Assembly (NCBI GenBank): GCA_965240325.2
Contig: OZ251229.1
Location: 1,674,001-1,738,000, forward strand
Direction: 5' to 3'
Length of the DNA stretch: 64,000 nt
Source of the DNA: Rebecca billardiae RCC1528
Lineage: Eukaryota; Protista; Haptophyta
Shown: in pieces, positions 34,486 to 47,619 of the stretch
Position numbering within the stretch: position 1 is the first letter of the stretch
Layout: each line of letters begins with the position of its first letter
Position numbers and translations under genes: made by a program
Notes under the pieces: generated by a model
The model's input: only the letters and a program-made list of their open reading frames with translations
Database searches by the model: none
Told to the model about the DNA's origin: nothing

Positions 34486-35438
34486 CTGCCGAGTGCCGCT
34501 ACTGAGTACTGCGTCATCACACAGTGTGGCAGTGTCCGCATTCCGCAATCGGTTCAGCCGAGTAACCGCCTATAGTACCCTCCCCTCACTCACACTGTCG
34601 CTGCTGAGTCACTACTGTCACTGACACTGCGGTATGCGTCAGCGTGGCCGGGCGTGCTTGCCAGCCTTGCCAGCTTCAGTGAGCTTGGACGGCGCGCTTG
34701 CGATCGCGGCCGCGGGCGGGACCCGGCGGCCGGACCCCGAGGCGGCCCCGCGAAGCCTGAAGGCAGTCGACTTAGGCGTAGTAGCATTTGCCGAATCAAG
34801 CACTGCTGCTAACGAGTAACAGGCGGGACGGGTCCCGGCGGTCCCGCGGCCTGCGCGACGCCCGCAGGTTATGATTGGCAACCCGATCCGTATAACCTCT
34901 CCTCTGGACCTCGTCCTCTGTCACAGTCGGGCAGTCGGCACTGAGGCGCAGAACGCCGCATTGTCAGGTCGCTGATGCTCCTGTAATTGACTCTTCCGAG
35001 AGTGATGAGCACCATTGCCTATCTGCTCGTCGGCTATCTCCCACAGCCGGCGCTGTAACTGTCTCGCCTCTCGGCCACTGTTACATTCGGACATTGTATC
35101 ACTTGTGTATGATGATCGACCGCAGTGCGCGCTTCATATCTACTGTACCACATCGTGATCGTCCACCGAATCCACCGATCCGGCGATCCGACACCGTACT
35201 CGTAGAGACTAGAGTCGTAGTAGTCTGCTACTAGCAGTCTACAGTTTACGAATAAATACGCCAGACGCGTCACACAGGTGACACAGCTCAGGCAGGCGAG
35301 ATACTAGTCTCGTAGTACTTAACTACCCGTACTTAATGAGTAGTGCGTCCGTCCGGATGAGCCAACGGGATGAATCATCAGACTCATCAGTCATCCGGAC
35401 GCTGGTGCTCGTGAGCACACGCCGTCACGCGCGGCGCC

Positions 35439-37182
35439 ATGCTCGGCCGCGCTCTCGGCGACGTCCGCGCGCCGTTGCGCGCGGGCGCGCGCACGCTCTC
35501 GGTGAGCGCGAAGAAGCGCGTGGAGCGCAAGCTCCTCGGCCGGCGCCACCGGCCGAAGCAGCCCAGGCCGCAGCCCATCGTCACACGCGCGACCACGTCC
35601 GACGAGATCATCGAGATCGTGCTCGACAAGAAGCATCCGGAGCGCGCGCGCGCGCTGCTCGAGGCGTACCAGAGCGCGGCGGCACGCGGGAAGGAGGAGG
35701 TGCGCGATCTGATCCTCGGCACCGCGTTCGCCTCGCCCGTCGGCTTCGCGCTCGGCGGCAAGTTCTCGCAGCAGCTGCTCACGGCTGGCCTGCTGCAGAC
35801 GGCTGATGCCGACGCGCGCGACCGCGCGCTCGACATGCTGGCGCCGCACACGGCCATGCTCGCGACCAGCCCTCACGGGAGCTTCGTGCTCAACACCATG
35901 CTCGAGCACCTCGCCGAGCCCGACGGCGCCGCACCCGGCCACCCTTTCACGCGGCACGTCGCCGTGCGCGTCGCCTCGCTCCCGCGCTTTGGCGGCGGCG
36001 GCGGCGGCGGCGCGCCGGCAGGCAAGGTGCTCGAGCAGCACGTGTACGGGCGGCACGTGGTGGCGCGCTGCGTGCGCTTCGCGCCGTTCGACGCGTCCGA
36101 GCCCATCCTCGCGCCGCTTCTGCCGCACGCCGCCGCGCTCGCCGCCGAGCCGCGCGCGTGCCTCACGCTCCGCGCCGCCCTCGAGCGGCGGGCGGACGGC
36201 GGTCGTCACCCGCTCGCGCCCGCGCTGGAGGCGGCACTGCTCGGAGGCATGGGCGACGTGCGCTCGGCCGCGGCGCCGTGGCTGTACGTGCTCGGCTCAC
36301 TCGCTGCGGGCGCCGAGCCCGCCGGCCCCGCCGCGCGCCAGCTCAGCGCCGCGCTCGCGCCGCACGCCGCGCCCCTCAGCCAATCAGAGGCCGGCTCCGT
36401 GGCAGTTGCCAGCGCACTGCACGCCGCGCCGCCGGCGGAGCGCGCGGCGCTGGCGCAGGCGCTCGAGGCGGGCTTCGACGAGCTGTGCGCGCACGAGTAC
36501 GGCTGCCACGCGCTCGCCGCGCTCTTCGACGCGCCGCGCACCGACGGCATGCACGCCGTATGCGAGCGCGTCGGCCGGCGCGCGATCGACCGCGCCCTGG
36601 TCGAGCCCGCGGCCGACGGCGGCGGCGGCGGCGGCGCCGGCGGCGGCGCACACTGGCTCTCGGCAGAGGCGCGGGCGTGGGACGTGCACGTGCTGTGCAA
36701 GGTGCGCCGCGCGCTCACCGCGCGGGCGCGCACGCCCCTCCGCGCGCGCGCGCGCGCTCCTCCGCCGCTCACGCGCGCTCCGACTGGCCCACGCCCTTCA
36801 TCGGCGGCAGGCGATCGCGCGCGCGGGCGCGCACGACTTAGTCCAGCTGCACGCGCACGCGCTGCCTCGGGTTGAGGCGATGGCGCGGGGGAAGGCGGGG
36901 CGGGAGGTGCTCGGCGCGCTACTCGGCGCGGCGGATCTGCCCGCGGAGAACGCGCGGCAGCTCGTCCACGCGCTCGCACCCGCCGCGCCGCACCTCGCGC
37001 TCAGCGGGCACCGCGGCTCTGCAGTCGTCGAGTCGGCGGTCGCGCGCGCGCGCGAGCACGACGCTGGCGCCGTGCAGGCGCTCACGAGCGCGCTGCGGCC
37101 GCACGAGGCGCGTCTGGAGAAGAGCCACTTCGCGCGCCGCGTGCTCGAGACGCTGGGCGGCGCGCAGGCTGCGGCGGCGTAG
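35439..37182 (+). CDS. Pumilio/Nop9-like alpha-solenoid RNA-binding repeat protein, probably organelle-targeted
   Basis: Puf-like repeats LATSPHGSFVLNTML, LEQHVYGRHVVARCV, LSQSEAGSVAV, LCAHEYGCHAL, MARGKAGREVL, LEKSHFARRVLE; Arg-rich N-terminus. Intron 36702-36810 (GTGCGC...GGCAG) joins the two ORFs in frame. Confidence 0.75.
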
Positions 37183-38962
37183 CTGACCTCCCTCGCTCCC
37201 CGCCGCTCACGATCGGGCCAGCAGCGCAGCTCCGAGCTTGGTCCCTGATCTGCGCTGCTGTCATCGGGCAGCATGAGCCGCGCCGCGGCTTTGCCGCGTG
37301 CTGTGCCGGTGACAGTGCTGGCGCACCGGCACCATACGTGCACTCGTGGCGAGCTCGGTACTGTAACTGTTACGCAACTTCATATGCATCACTGCCCGGG
37401 CGCAGCTACTCGTCCGGCATCAGCAGACTCAGTCGGATACTCGGATACTCCGTAGTCCGTTACTCGGACCATACCAATTACCATCCCGGCCCCGCTCCCG
37501 TAGGGGGGCAGGGCTGCGGGTGGCGCACTGTCTGACCTGGACGGAAGGCGCGGACGCATTCTATGTGTCTGTTGCACTCTGAGCCTGACGCTTGTCCGAT
37601 GCTGCCACGTCGTTAAATATATATGATGTGATATGGCGACTCGGATATCCGGTGCGCGTGCTGCCATATTAAGTGAATTGCCAGAGTCCCGGTGCGTAGA
37701 GGTTGAGGACTTGTGCCAAATACAGCATTCACAATTGGCCCGATAGCAAGCATTCTACTATGTAAACTTATTAGACGGGTAATCCTGCCCCTCGCGCCAC
37801 GCTGCTGCAACTCGAGCCAGGTCACTACTGTGCTGGGAAATATCCGATATCGCAACAATAACTTATTGCAGCAAATAAATACACTATTTATTATATTTAA
37901 ATACAAATACCGCAAAAAACATTCCAGATGAAATCGGAAGTATCCTCACGGACGACGTGTACATTTCGGATTTCCGTATTGATTTCCTTAATCGCGCAAG
38001 TATGCATTGTTGATTTGTCAGCTCCGCGGCCCCAAGGCTTGCTTGCGCGCGCTTTGGCCGCCGCCGCCGGCCGCCATTCACGCCTTATTAACCAAGTGTG
38101 CACGTTTAAACATAGTAAACTGTACGTACTCATTCTATGATTTAACGACACAGGTAGGACGACGCGGGTCTCCTGATTCGTCGGCGGCAGTGTCCGATCG
38201 TCGACACGAAGTCGGTGTCTTCCAAGTTACACGGTGGAGTGGTTTTCAGGTTTCCAAAGGCACCTGCACCAGACCACCAGTCGTTCCGGACTGGGCAAAC
38301 AAACAACGACCTGAATCCGTCGACCACGATGTCGACGACCATCTCCGCGCCCGCACCAGGGCAGCGCCACCAGCCGAAGACCCTCAAGAATTCGATCCTA
38401 GCCGCGACCATGCGCGTCACAAAGCCAACCTGCTCCCCGCTGCTTGCGTTCGGGGGCGCGGCCGCCGAGACTGAGTACTCGCGGGTGCTCGTCGAGCTCA
38501 CAAACTCCTGTGCACCGCGAGGATGATGGCGTCGCGCCTTGCCCCCGCCCCGCTGTTGACCGCCCCGCCGAGGGCCGCAACTGCATGGGCAATTTAATCG
38601 CTGACGGCTGATAGCTTGGCTTATAAGTAGCTGCAGACACCCATGTACGTCGCGGTGGTTGTCTGGGCCGCGCTGGCTACGACCTCGTCGTCGGCAAGCG
38701 CTCCTCGAGCATCTTGGAAGTACTTCATGGCCACGTTTTACTCGATGGCTCCCGCGCGGTCGTCGTGCGGAGCGAATCGCTTCGTCTCGCGCTTGCGTCG
38801 GCACTTGCGATCCAGAGCGAATCGCGCCAACGTGCTTGGCGCGCGGCGATCGACGCCGAGGTGCTACGACACATCACGATCGCGCGCGCACATGCAGCGC
38901 GGAGCTGTTCCAGACCTCAAAGCCAAGATGTTACGGCGAACAGGTCACCCCTGCGCTCCTTG

Positions 38963-39062
38963 GTGCTACCGCTCCTGGGTGCTACCGCTCCTTGGTGCTA
39001 CCGCCCCAGGACAGAATTAAAAATGGGCGGGGGGGTGTGGGGGGGCGCCGAGCCCCCCCACA
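38963..39062. repeat. Three 17-bp repeats (CGCTCCTTGGTGCTACC-like) followed by a perfect 11-bp GC hairpin
   Basis: TGTGGGGGGGC-GCCGA-GCCCCCCCACA at 39036-39062. Confidence 0.85.
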
Positions 39063-39242
39063 ATGAGTCGATCGGAGGGCGTTTGCAGATAGGAGCGCGG
39101 AGTAGCTGGCTTCCGCTCGGAGCAAGATGGCTGAAAGCCTTTAACTGGCTGCTTGAGCCGATACGACGAGCCGATCAGCAGCACTGGCGCGGGCTGGGAC
39201 AAGTGCCCAGCTGTATATCCCAGCTAGATGTATCCTCATCAA

Positions 39243-42075
39243 TGAAACCGCGTAACCTGTGCCTGGGTGCCAAAGCTGAGACGATGATGAGCTGAGCAGC
39301 AGCAGTCTTGCGGGCTGGGGCACGTGCCCAGGGGTGGGTACCCAATGCCCTAAAAACCACGTAACCTGTGCCTGGGTGCCAAAGCTGAGACGATGATGAG
39401 CCGAGCAGCAGCAGTCGCGCGGGCGACGGTCGCGCGTGCCCAGGGGTTGATACCCGATGCCCTCAAAACCATGTAACCTGTGCCTGGGTGCCAAAGCTGA
39501 GACGATGATGAGCCGAGCAGCAGCAGTCGCGCGGGCGGCGGTCGCGCGTGCCCAGGGGTGGATACCCGATGCCCTCAAAACCATGTAACCTGTGCCTGGG
39601 TGCCAAAGCTGAGACGATGATGAGCCGAGCAGCAGCAGTCGCGCGGGCGGCGGTCGCGCGGGCCCAGGGGTGGATACCCGATGCCCTCAAAACCACGTAA
39701 CCTGTGCCTGGGTGCCAAAGCTGAGACGATGATGAGCTGAGCAGCAGCAGTCGCGCGGGCTGGGGCACGTGCCCAGGGGTGGATACCCGATGCCCTCAAA
39801 ACCATGTAACCTGTGCCTGGGTGCCAAAGCTGAGACGATGATGAGCTGAGCAGCAGCAGTCGCGCGGGCTGGGGCACGTGCCCAGGGGTGGATACCCGAT
39901 GCCCTCAAAACCACGTAACCTGTGCCTGGGTGCCAAAGCTGAGACGATGATGAGCTGAGCAGCAGCAGTCTTGCGGGCTGGGGCACGTGCCCAGGGGTGG
40001 GTACCCGATGCCCTAAAAACCACGTAACCTGTGCCTGGGTGCCAAAGCTGAGACGATGATGAGCTGAGCAGCAGCAGTCGCGCGGGCTGGGGCACGTGCC
40101 CAGGGGTGGATACCCGATGCCCTAAAAACCACGTAACCTGTGCCTGGGTGCCAAAGCTGAGACGATGATGAGCTGAGCAGCAGCAGTCGCGCGGGCTGGG
40201 GCACGTGCCCAGGGGTGGATACCCGATGCCCTCAAAACCACGTAACCTGTGCCTGGGTGCCAAAGCTGAGACGATGATGAGCCGAGCAGCAGCAGTCGCG
40301 CGGGCGGCGGTCGCGCGTGCCCAGGGGTGGATACCCGATGCCCTCAAAACCACGTAACCTGTGCCTGGGTGCCAAAGCTGAGACGATGATGAGCCGAGCA
40401 GCGGCAGTCGCGCGGGCGGCGGTCGCGCGTGCCCAGGGGTGGATACCCGATGCCCTCAAAACCACGTAACCTGTGCCTGGAGGCCAAAGCTGAGACGATG
40501 ATGAGCCGAGCAGCAGCAGTCGCGCGGGCTGGGTCACGTGCCCAGGGGTGGATACCCGATGCCCTCAAAACCACGTAACCTGTGCCTGGGTGCCAAAGCT
40601 GAGACGATGATGAGCCGAGCAGCGGCAGTCGCGCGGGCGGCGGTCGCGCGTGCCCAGGGGTGGATACCCGATGCCCTCAAAACCACGTAACCTGTGCCTG
40701 GAGGCCAAAGCTGAGACGATGATGAGCCGAGCAGCAGCAGTCGCGCGGGCTGGGTCACGTGCCCAGGGGTGGATACCCGATGCCCTCAAAACCACGTAAC
40801 CTGTGCCTGGGTGCCAAAGCTGAGACGATGATGAGCGGAGCAGCAGCAGTCGCGCGGGCGGCGGTCGCGCGTGCCCAGGGGTGGATACCCGATGCCCTCA
40901 AAACCATGTAACCTGTGCCTGGGTGCCAAAGCTGAGACGATGATGAGCCGAGCAGCAGCAGTCGCGCGGGCGGCGGTCGCGCGTGCCCAGGGGTGGATAC
41001 CCGATGCCCTCAAAACCACGTAACCTGTGCCTGGGTGCCAAAGCTGAGACGATGATGAGCCGAGCAGCAGGCAGCAGTCGCGCGGGCTGGGTCACGTGCC
41101 CAGGGGTGGATACCCGATGCCCTCAAAACCATGTAACCTGTGCCTGGGTGCCAAAGCTGAGACGATGATGAGCGGAGCAGCAGCAGTCGCGCGGGCGGCG
41201 GTCGCGCGTGCCCAGGGGTGGATACCCGATGCCCTCAAAACCATGTAACCTGTGCCTGGGTGCCAAAGCTGAGACGATGATGAGCCGAGCAGCAGCAGTC
41301 GCGCGGGCTGGGTCACGTGCCCAGGGGTGGATACCCGATGCCCTCAAAACCATGTAACCTGTGCCTGGGTGCCAAAGCTGAGACGATGATGAGCCGAGCA
41401 GCAGCAGTCGCGCGGGCTGGGTCACGTGCCCAGGGGTGGATACCCGATGCCCTCAAAACCATGTAACCTGTGCCTGGGTGCCAAAGCTGAGACGATGATG
41501 AACCGAGCAGCAGCAGTCGCGCGGGCTGGGGCACGTGCCCAGGGGTGGATACCCGATGCCCTCAAAACCACGTAACCTGTGCCTGGGTGCCAAAGCTGAG
41601 ACGATGATGAGCCGAGCAGCAGCAGTCGCGCGGGCTGGGTCACGTGCCCAGGGGTGGATACCCGATGCCCTCAAAACCATGTAACCTGTGCCTGGGTGCC
41701 AAAGCTGAGACGATGATGAGCCGAGCAGCAGCAGTCGCGCGGGCTGGGTCACGTGCCCAGGGGTGGATACCCGATGCCCTCAAAACCATGTAACCTGTGC
41801 CTGGGTGCCAAAGCTGAGACGATGATGAACCGAGCAGCAGCAGTCGCGCGGGCTGGGGCACGTGCCCAGGGGTGGATACCCGATGCCCTCAAAACCATGT
41901 AACCTGTGCCTGGGTGCCAAAGCTGAGACGATGATGAGCTGAGCAGCAGCAGTCTTGCGGGCTGGGGCACGTGCCCAGGGGTGGATACCCGATGCCCTCA
42001 AAACCACGTAACCTGTGCCTGGGTGCCAAAGCTGAGACGATGATGAGCCGAGCAGCAGGCAGCAGTCGCGCGGAC
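39243..42075. repeat. Satellite-like tandem array, 109-112 bp unit, ~26 copies
   Basis: Unit AAAACCA(C/T)GTAACCTGTGCCTGGGTGCCAAAGCTGAGACGATGATGAG...GTGCCCAGGGGTGGATACCCGATGCCCTC is nearly identical throughout. Confidence 0.98.
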
Positions 42076-42261
42076 TGGCGCGCTTGCAGATTAGGCGGTG
42101 CAAATTCTTACAGCCTGCGCCGCTAAGTCGTATGGAAATTTTCAAGTGAGCATCAATGGAGTTGTTGTCATCGCGCATAGATTCATCACGCCGGGAAAAA
42201 CTGATGTGCACCGCTGTCTGTTCAAAACAAAGTCGCACGGAAAAGGAGCGCGAGCAAACGC

Positions 42262-43300
42262 GCTGAAAACATTCGCTCCTGCTTTCTATCCGTGCTGAAA
42301 ACTGAGCGGATGCGCATCCTTAGCTCAAGTTTCGGCCGAAAATATCGGCACACTGCTGTCAGTCCAAAAGTCGCTCGGAAAGGAGCGGGAGCATACATGG
42401 CTGGAAAGCTCCGCTGAAAACATTCGCTCCCTTTCTGCCTGCTTCAAATCAGTGCTGAAAAACTGAGCGGATGCATCCTTAGCTCAAGTTTCGGCCGAAA
42501 ATATCGGCACACTGCTGACAGTCCAAAAGTCGCTCGGAAAGGAGCGGGAGCATACATGGCTGGAAAGCTCCGCTGAAAACATTCGCTCCCTTTCTGCCTG
42601 CTTCAAATCAGTGCTGAAAAACTGAGCGGATGCATCCTTAGCTGAAGTTTCGGCCGAAAATATCGGCACACTGCTGTCAGTCCAAAAGTCGCTCGAAAAA
42701 GGAGCGGGAGCATACATGGCTGGAAAGCTCCGCTGAAAACATTCGCTCCCTTTCTGCCTGCTTCAGATCTGTGCTGAAAAACTGAGCGGATGCATCCTTA
42801 GCCCAAATTCCGGCCGAAAATATCGGCACACTGCGGTCAGTCCAAAAGTCGCTCGGAAAGGAGCGGGAGCATACATGGCTGGAAAGCTCCGTCGAAAACA
42901 TTCGCTTCCTTTCTGCCTGCTTCAAATCCGTGCTGAAAAACTGAGCGGATGCATCCTTAGCTCAAGTTTCGGCCGAAAATATCGGCACACTGCTGTCAGT
43001 CCAAAAGTCGCTCGAAAAAGGAGCGGGAGCATTCATGGCTGGAAAGCTCCGCTAAAAACATTCGCTCCCTTTCTGCCTGCTTCAGATCTGTGCTGAAAAC
43101 TGAGCGGATGCACCCTTAGCTCAAATTCCGGCCGAAAATATCGGCACACTGCGGTCAGTCCAAAAGTCGCTCGAAAAAAGAGCGGGAGCATTCGTGGCTG
43201 GACAGCTCCGTCGAAAACATTCGCTTCCTTTCTGCCTGCTTCAAATCCGTGCTAAAACTGAGCGGGTGCATCCCCGGCTCATATCCCGCCGAAAATATCT
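42262..43300. repeat. Tandem array, ~160 bp unit, ~6.5 copies
   Basis: AAAACATTCGCT recurs at about 42417, 42576, 42736, 42895, 43055 and 43214. Confidence 0.95.
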
Positions 43301-43602
43301 GGCTGCTACCTACTACCTAGGTCATGATTCTCGCGCGCACGCGAGAGTTGCCTTTCTGTAACTATTTGACTGAGCAACCAGAAGCAATCACAACGCCATT
43401 CCTCCATCGCAATCAACGATGATGCGCACGCACGACCGCACGTGATAGTGACCGTACAATATTCTTATTTTATTTTAAATAGCGGAAATACCAGTGTAGT
43501 ATTATTGTCTGATCATATTCGAGAGGAAATTAGTTATTTTATTCATTATTTTAATTAATGTACATCGATCGCTGATTTTCGTTTGGGTATTACTTATGAA
43601 GG

Positions 43603-43607
<5 letters not shown>

Positions 43608-43668
<61 letters not shown>
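43608..43668. repeat. (TA)n microsatellite abutting element B
   Basis: Seen directly. Confidence 0.98.
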
Positions 43669-43670
<2 letters not shown>

Positions 43671-46600
43671 CCGCGTTCCGCGGTCCTTTTCCGTAGAACG
43701 AACGTAGTTCAGGGCCCGCGGTGGCGGTGCACCCTCCATCGCAGTCGTCTATTGACAGACCCGGAGTTGCATGCCCGTACAACTAGACTCCAGCGGCGCG
43801 CCGCCGCCCGCCGCGCCGGGCGCGGGCCCATCGCACTTCGCAGCCGCCGGCGCGGCGCCGATTGTGTACAGGCGGATGCGACGAGGCGTGATCGACGCAT
43901 GAGCGCGACTCCACGTGCACGCCAGGCCACGCGAAGCTGACAGCCAGGGAGCACGGTGCGGGGCCGCGGATTCGTTCGGGCCGCTGCTGCTGACTGACCG
44001 CTGTGGCGCTGTCCGCCGCGGGTCACCGCGCACCGGCAGCGCCAGGATAGTAGTAGATGATTTGCACTGGTCCGAGTAGGGTTCGACCAGCGCCTGCGCG
44101 ACGGCCGACAGGCGGGCGCGAGGCGTGATCGACGCATGAGCGCAACTCTACGTGCACGCCAGGCCACGCGGAGCTGACAGCCCGAGGGAGCACGGTGCCG
44201 AGGTCGGAGGTGCGAGCGGGCACCAGTGTCCAGTCACGGATCGTTCGCGCACGCCGCGCGTGCACGGGCTGACACACCTCGATCAGGCTCGGCACGCGTT
44301 GCAGAGGCACAGCCAGCTCTGGGGACGTCACGCACCACCGTCGCCCGCGCAGCTCGTCCTCCTCGTAGAGTACCGTTCAGTTCCGAGGCGTAGCCCTCGC
44401 TCAGGGTCGACCGTCGACGATGGATGGACTCGGATCGTCGGCGCTCCCCGGAAAGGCATGGCAAGGGCGGCGCGTGGTGAAGTCGAAGACTCAGAGATCG
44501 ATCAGTCCGGCATCAGGCGCCGCTGCCCCCGAGCTTGCGAGAGCCCGAATACAGGGCGGCTGCCGCGGCGCGGCCGCCGGGCGCCCCGGCGACCGGGCGC
44601 GCGGCCGCGCGCAGGCATCGACACGGGGCGGCGGGGGCGCGCGGAGTGAGCGGGGGCACGAACGCGATGTCGACGGCAGTCGGGACCCGCCGCAGCCGCG
44701 CGCTCCAGGCGCCACTCGCCGCGCGCACCTGCCCATCGCCGTCCTCACCCGTCGGTCGCTCGTGGCTGGCGCCTCCTGAGCTCCTGTCGCCGCAGCCGCG
44801 GCGTGCAAACGCGGGCCGCACACGCCGCGCGGGCGCCGCGCCCCCTCCGGCTCCGACCAAGGGCGGTAAGGGCTGTCAACTCCCAGTGGCGCCGAGTGGC
44901 GGAGGTTGGGGCAAGGGTAGTAAGGGTGAGCAACTCCGCTGGCGACAGCCGCGGAGGTCGGGAGGGCTCTGTTTGCCTCGGCGCCCGGTGCGAGCGGAGC
45001 GGAGCGAGTACTATCAGCGGCGGAGGGCGCTGAGGCCGCGCACGGCGTGAGGCGCGGCGTCGGCCGAGTCGGTCCGCGGAGGATGCGCGGCGCTCGGCCC
45101 GCTGCGCAGCGGCAGTGCACCTCACTTTGCCCCGAGCGCCGTCCTCCTCGTCGCCTCCTTCCCGCCTTGGAGCAGCACGCATGTGCGCGCCGCCGCATCG
45201 AATGCGGCACAGGCTTGCTCAGACGACCGCGCGCGCGTGGCGCGCGACTTGGTCGGCTGCGCGCGCGTGCTGCCGCGGTGCAATGTAGCGCCACCGCATA
45301 CGCGCCGTGCCCGCGCGAGAGCGTGTGCATGGACGTGAGTGCGAGCTCACACACATGTCAAGAGTGCTGTCTGCGCAGCACAGTGCTGGCAACTGAAGTA
45401 AGCTAGAGAAGACAGCAGCGTGAGTGTTAGTACCATCGATGCGGAGCCTTAGCGTCCGCTTGCGTTCGTGCTGAGAAGGGATACACAAGACTAGGCCTTC
45501 GTCCTGGGTATCCAATGTCACTCAACACCTCGCTGATCGACCCGACGAGCGTCGGCGTGAGGCACAGCGAAACATTCGTGAGAGCAACAGACAAGCGAGC
45601 ACTACGCTCATGAGTCGCTGATCGACCCGACGAGCGTCGGCGTGAGGCACAGCGAAACATTCGTGAGAGCAACAGACAAGCGAGCACTACGCTCATGAGA
45701 TGGCCGTGAGCAAAGGCTCGCGCGGGCACGGCGCGCGTATACGGTGGCGCTACCTTGCCCCGCGGCAGCGCGCGCGTGCGGTCGACCAAGTCGCGCGCCA
45801 CGCGCGCGCGGTCGTCTGAGCAAGCCCGTGCCGCATTCGATGCGGCGGCGCGCACATGCGTGCTGCTCCAAGGCGGGAAGAAGGCGACGCGGAGGACGGC
45901 GCTTGGAGCAAAGTGAGGTGCACTGCCGCTGCGCAGCGGGCCAAGAGCCGCGCATCCTCCGCGGACCGACTCGGCCGACGCCGCGCCTCACGCCGTGCGC
46001 GGCCTCAGCGCCCTCCGCCGCTGATAGTACTCGCTCCGCTCCGCTCGCACCGGGCGCCGAGGCAAACAGAGCCCTCCCGACCTCCGCGGCTGTCGCCAGC
46101 GGAGTTGCTCACCCTTACTACCCTTGGTTGGGGGCCCCTCAACTCGTGCGGCCGCGCGGCGCAGCGGCTAAGTCTCCTGGGGCGCCGCCCTGGAGGGCGC
46201 GTGGGGTGCGCACGCCGCGGGCTCCTGCGCCCGCGGCAGCGGCCGCGGACACGGCGCGCGTGGTTGGTCGCCTGCTAGACAGCACGTAGTACCCTCCCAC
46301 GCCGCGCGCCGCGCTCGCCGGTGCCCTCGCCGCGCCTCAGGCCAGCCGCGCACGCGCGCCGCGCCAATGGCCAGCCGTGGCCACGAGCCAGCCGCCGGCG
46401 CGCGCGCGGTGCGCGGTGCGGTCGGCGCGGGTCGGGCGCGCGCCCGGGGCGAGGCTCGCGTATGATGGGCGCGCGGCATGCCGCCTCGCGCCGCCGCGCT
46501 GACGCCCGCATGGGTCGGCGCGCACGCGTTTACATGCTGTCGAGTGTGCATTGCCATGTTTGAAAATGCTCACGTTGAGACGATCATGGGACGGCAGCGA

Positions 46601-47619
46601 CGCGTGATAGACAAGCGCAGACCACTAATATGTGCACGGCCAGCCTCATGTCATGGCAAGCAAGTCCCCGAGTGCCCGCGTTCGTCGCACTGATGCGCTC
46701 ACAACCACTTATCCAAGCTCATTTCTGATGGCCGAGGAATGCTCGACGAGCACTCTTCAGCAGCCGCGTGCAACGTGATCAAGCTCGTGGGTGGCGGCGC
46801 GAGGCGGCATGACGCGCGCCCATCATACGCGAGCCTCGCCCCGGGCGCGCGCCCGACCCGCGCCGACCGCACCGCGCACCGCGCGCGCGCCGGCGGCTGG
46901 CTCGTGGCCACGGCTGGCCATTGGCGCGGCGCGCGTGCGCGGCTGGCCTGAGGCACGGCGAGGGCACCGGCAAGCGCGGCGCGCGGCGTGGGAGGGTACT
47001 ACGTGCTGTCTAGCAGGCGACCAACCACGCGCGCCGTGTCCGCGGCCGCTGCCGCGGGCGCAGGAGCCCGCGGCGTGCGCACCCCACGCGCCCTCCAGGG
47101 CGGCGCCCCAGGAGACTTCGCCGCTGCGCCGCGAGGCCGCACGAGTTGAGGGGCACGGAACCTCCGCCACTCGGCGCCACTGGTCAGGAGTTGACAGCCC
47201 TTACCGCCCTTGCTCCGACTATACGGATAGCTGCGGCGGGTATTTTCAATCTCTCGCACTATTGGAGTTGGTTGGACGATTATGTCAACGGTCGTTCTTG
47301 GCATCTTGCAGCGGCGAGGCCATATTATTTTACTATGGTCACACTACATTAAGGAGAGTCTACCCACAATTACCCTGCCTCGCACACTTGGGCGCGGGTT
47401 TCGTTGATTCCTCTGTTCACTATTCAAGACGGCGGACGCGCCCTTTTTCGACGAGGATGCACCTGTAAGGGAGTCTCGAAATTCGAAACTCGGTCTCCTC
47501 CAGCCCTGAAAATCGTCCCCCGTCCCTTTTTTCTTTGATCAAAGATCTTTTTGAAACGTGGTTCGGGCCCGCTGGTGCGGGCTCCACGCTGCGCGCTCCG
47601 CCCTGCACCGCGGGCCATA
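43667..47619 (-). mobile_element. Non-autonomous Helentron/Helitron2-like element B, inverted relative to element A
   Basis: Terminal hairpin GACCGCG-TTC-CGCGGTC (43669-43685); subTIRs at 43713-43723 and 47606-47616; a 5' IR at 47565-47578. 47470-47620 is the reverse complement of ~20781-20930, and 43667-43745 is the reverse complement of ~23125-23196. Confidence 0.75.
44858..47213. repeat. Nested long inverted repeats a-[b..b']-[c..c']-a'
   Basis: a 44858-44907 / a' 47159-47213; b 44912-~45320 / b' ~45717-46126; c ~46134-46496 / c' ~46793-47154. Confidence 0.9.

Noticed and set aside
39243-42075. CRISPR array
   Set aside because: There are no unique spacers (the variable part has only three recurring alleles), no cas genes, and the context is eukaryotic.
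39141-42238. Many ORFs over the 110-bp array, and over the arrays at 3679-4709 and 42484-43096
   Set aside because: These are translations of tandem repeats whose unit lengths shift frame.
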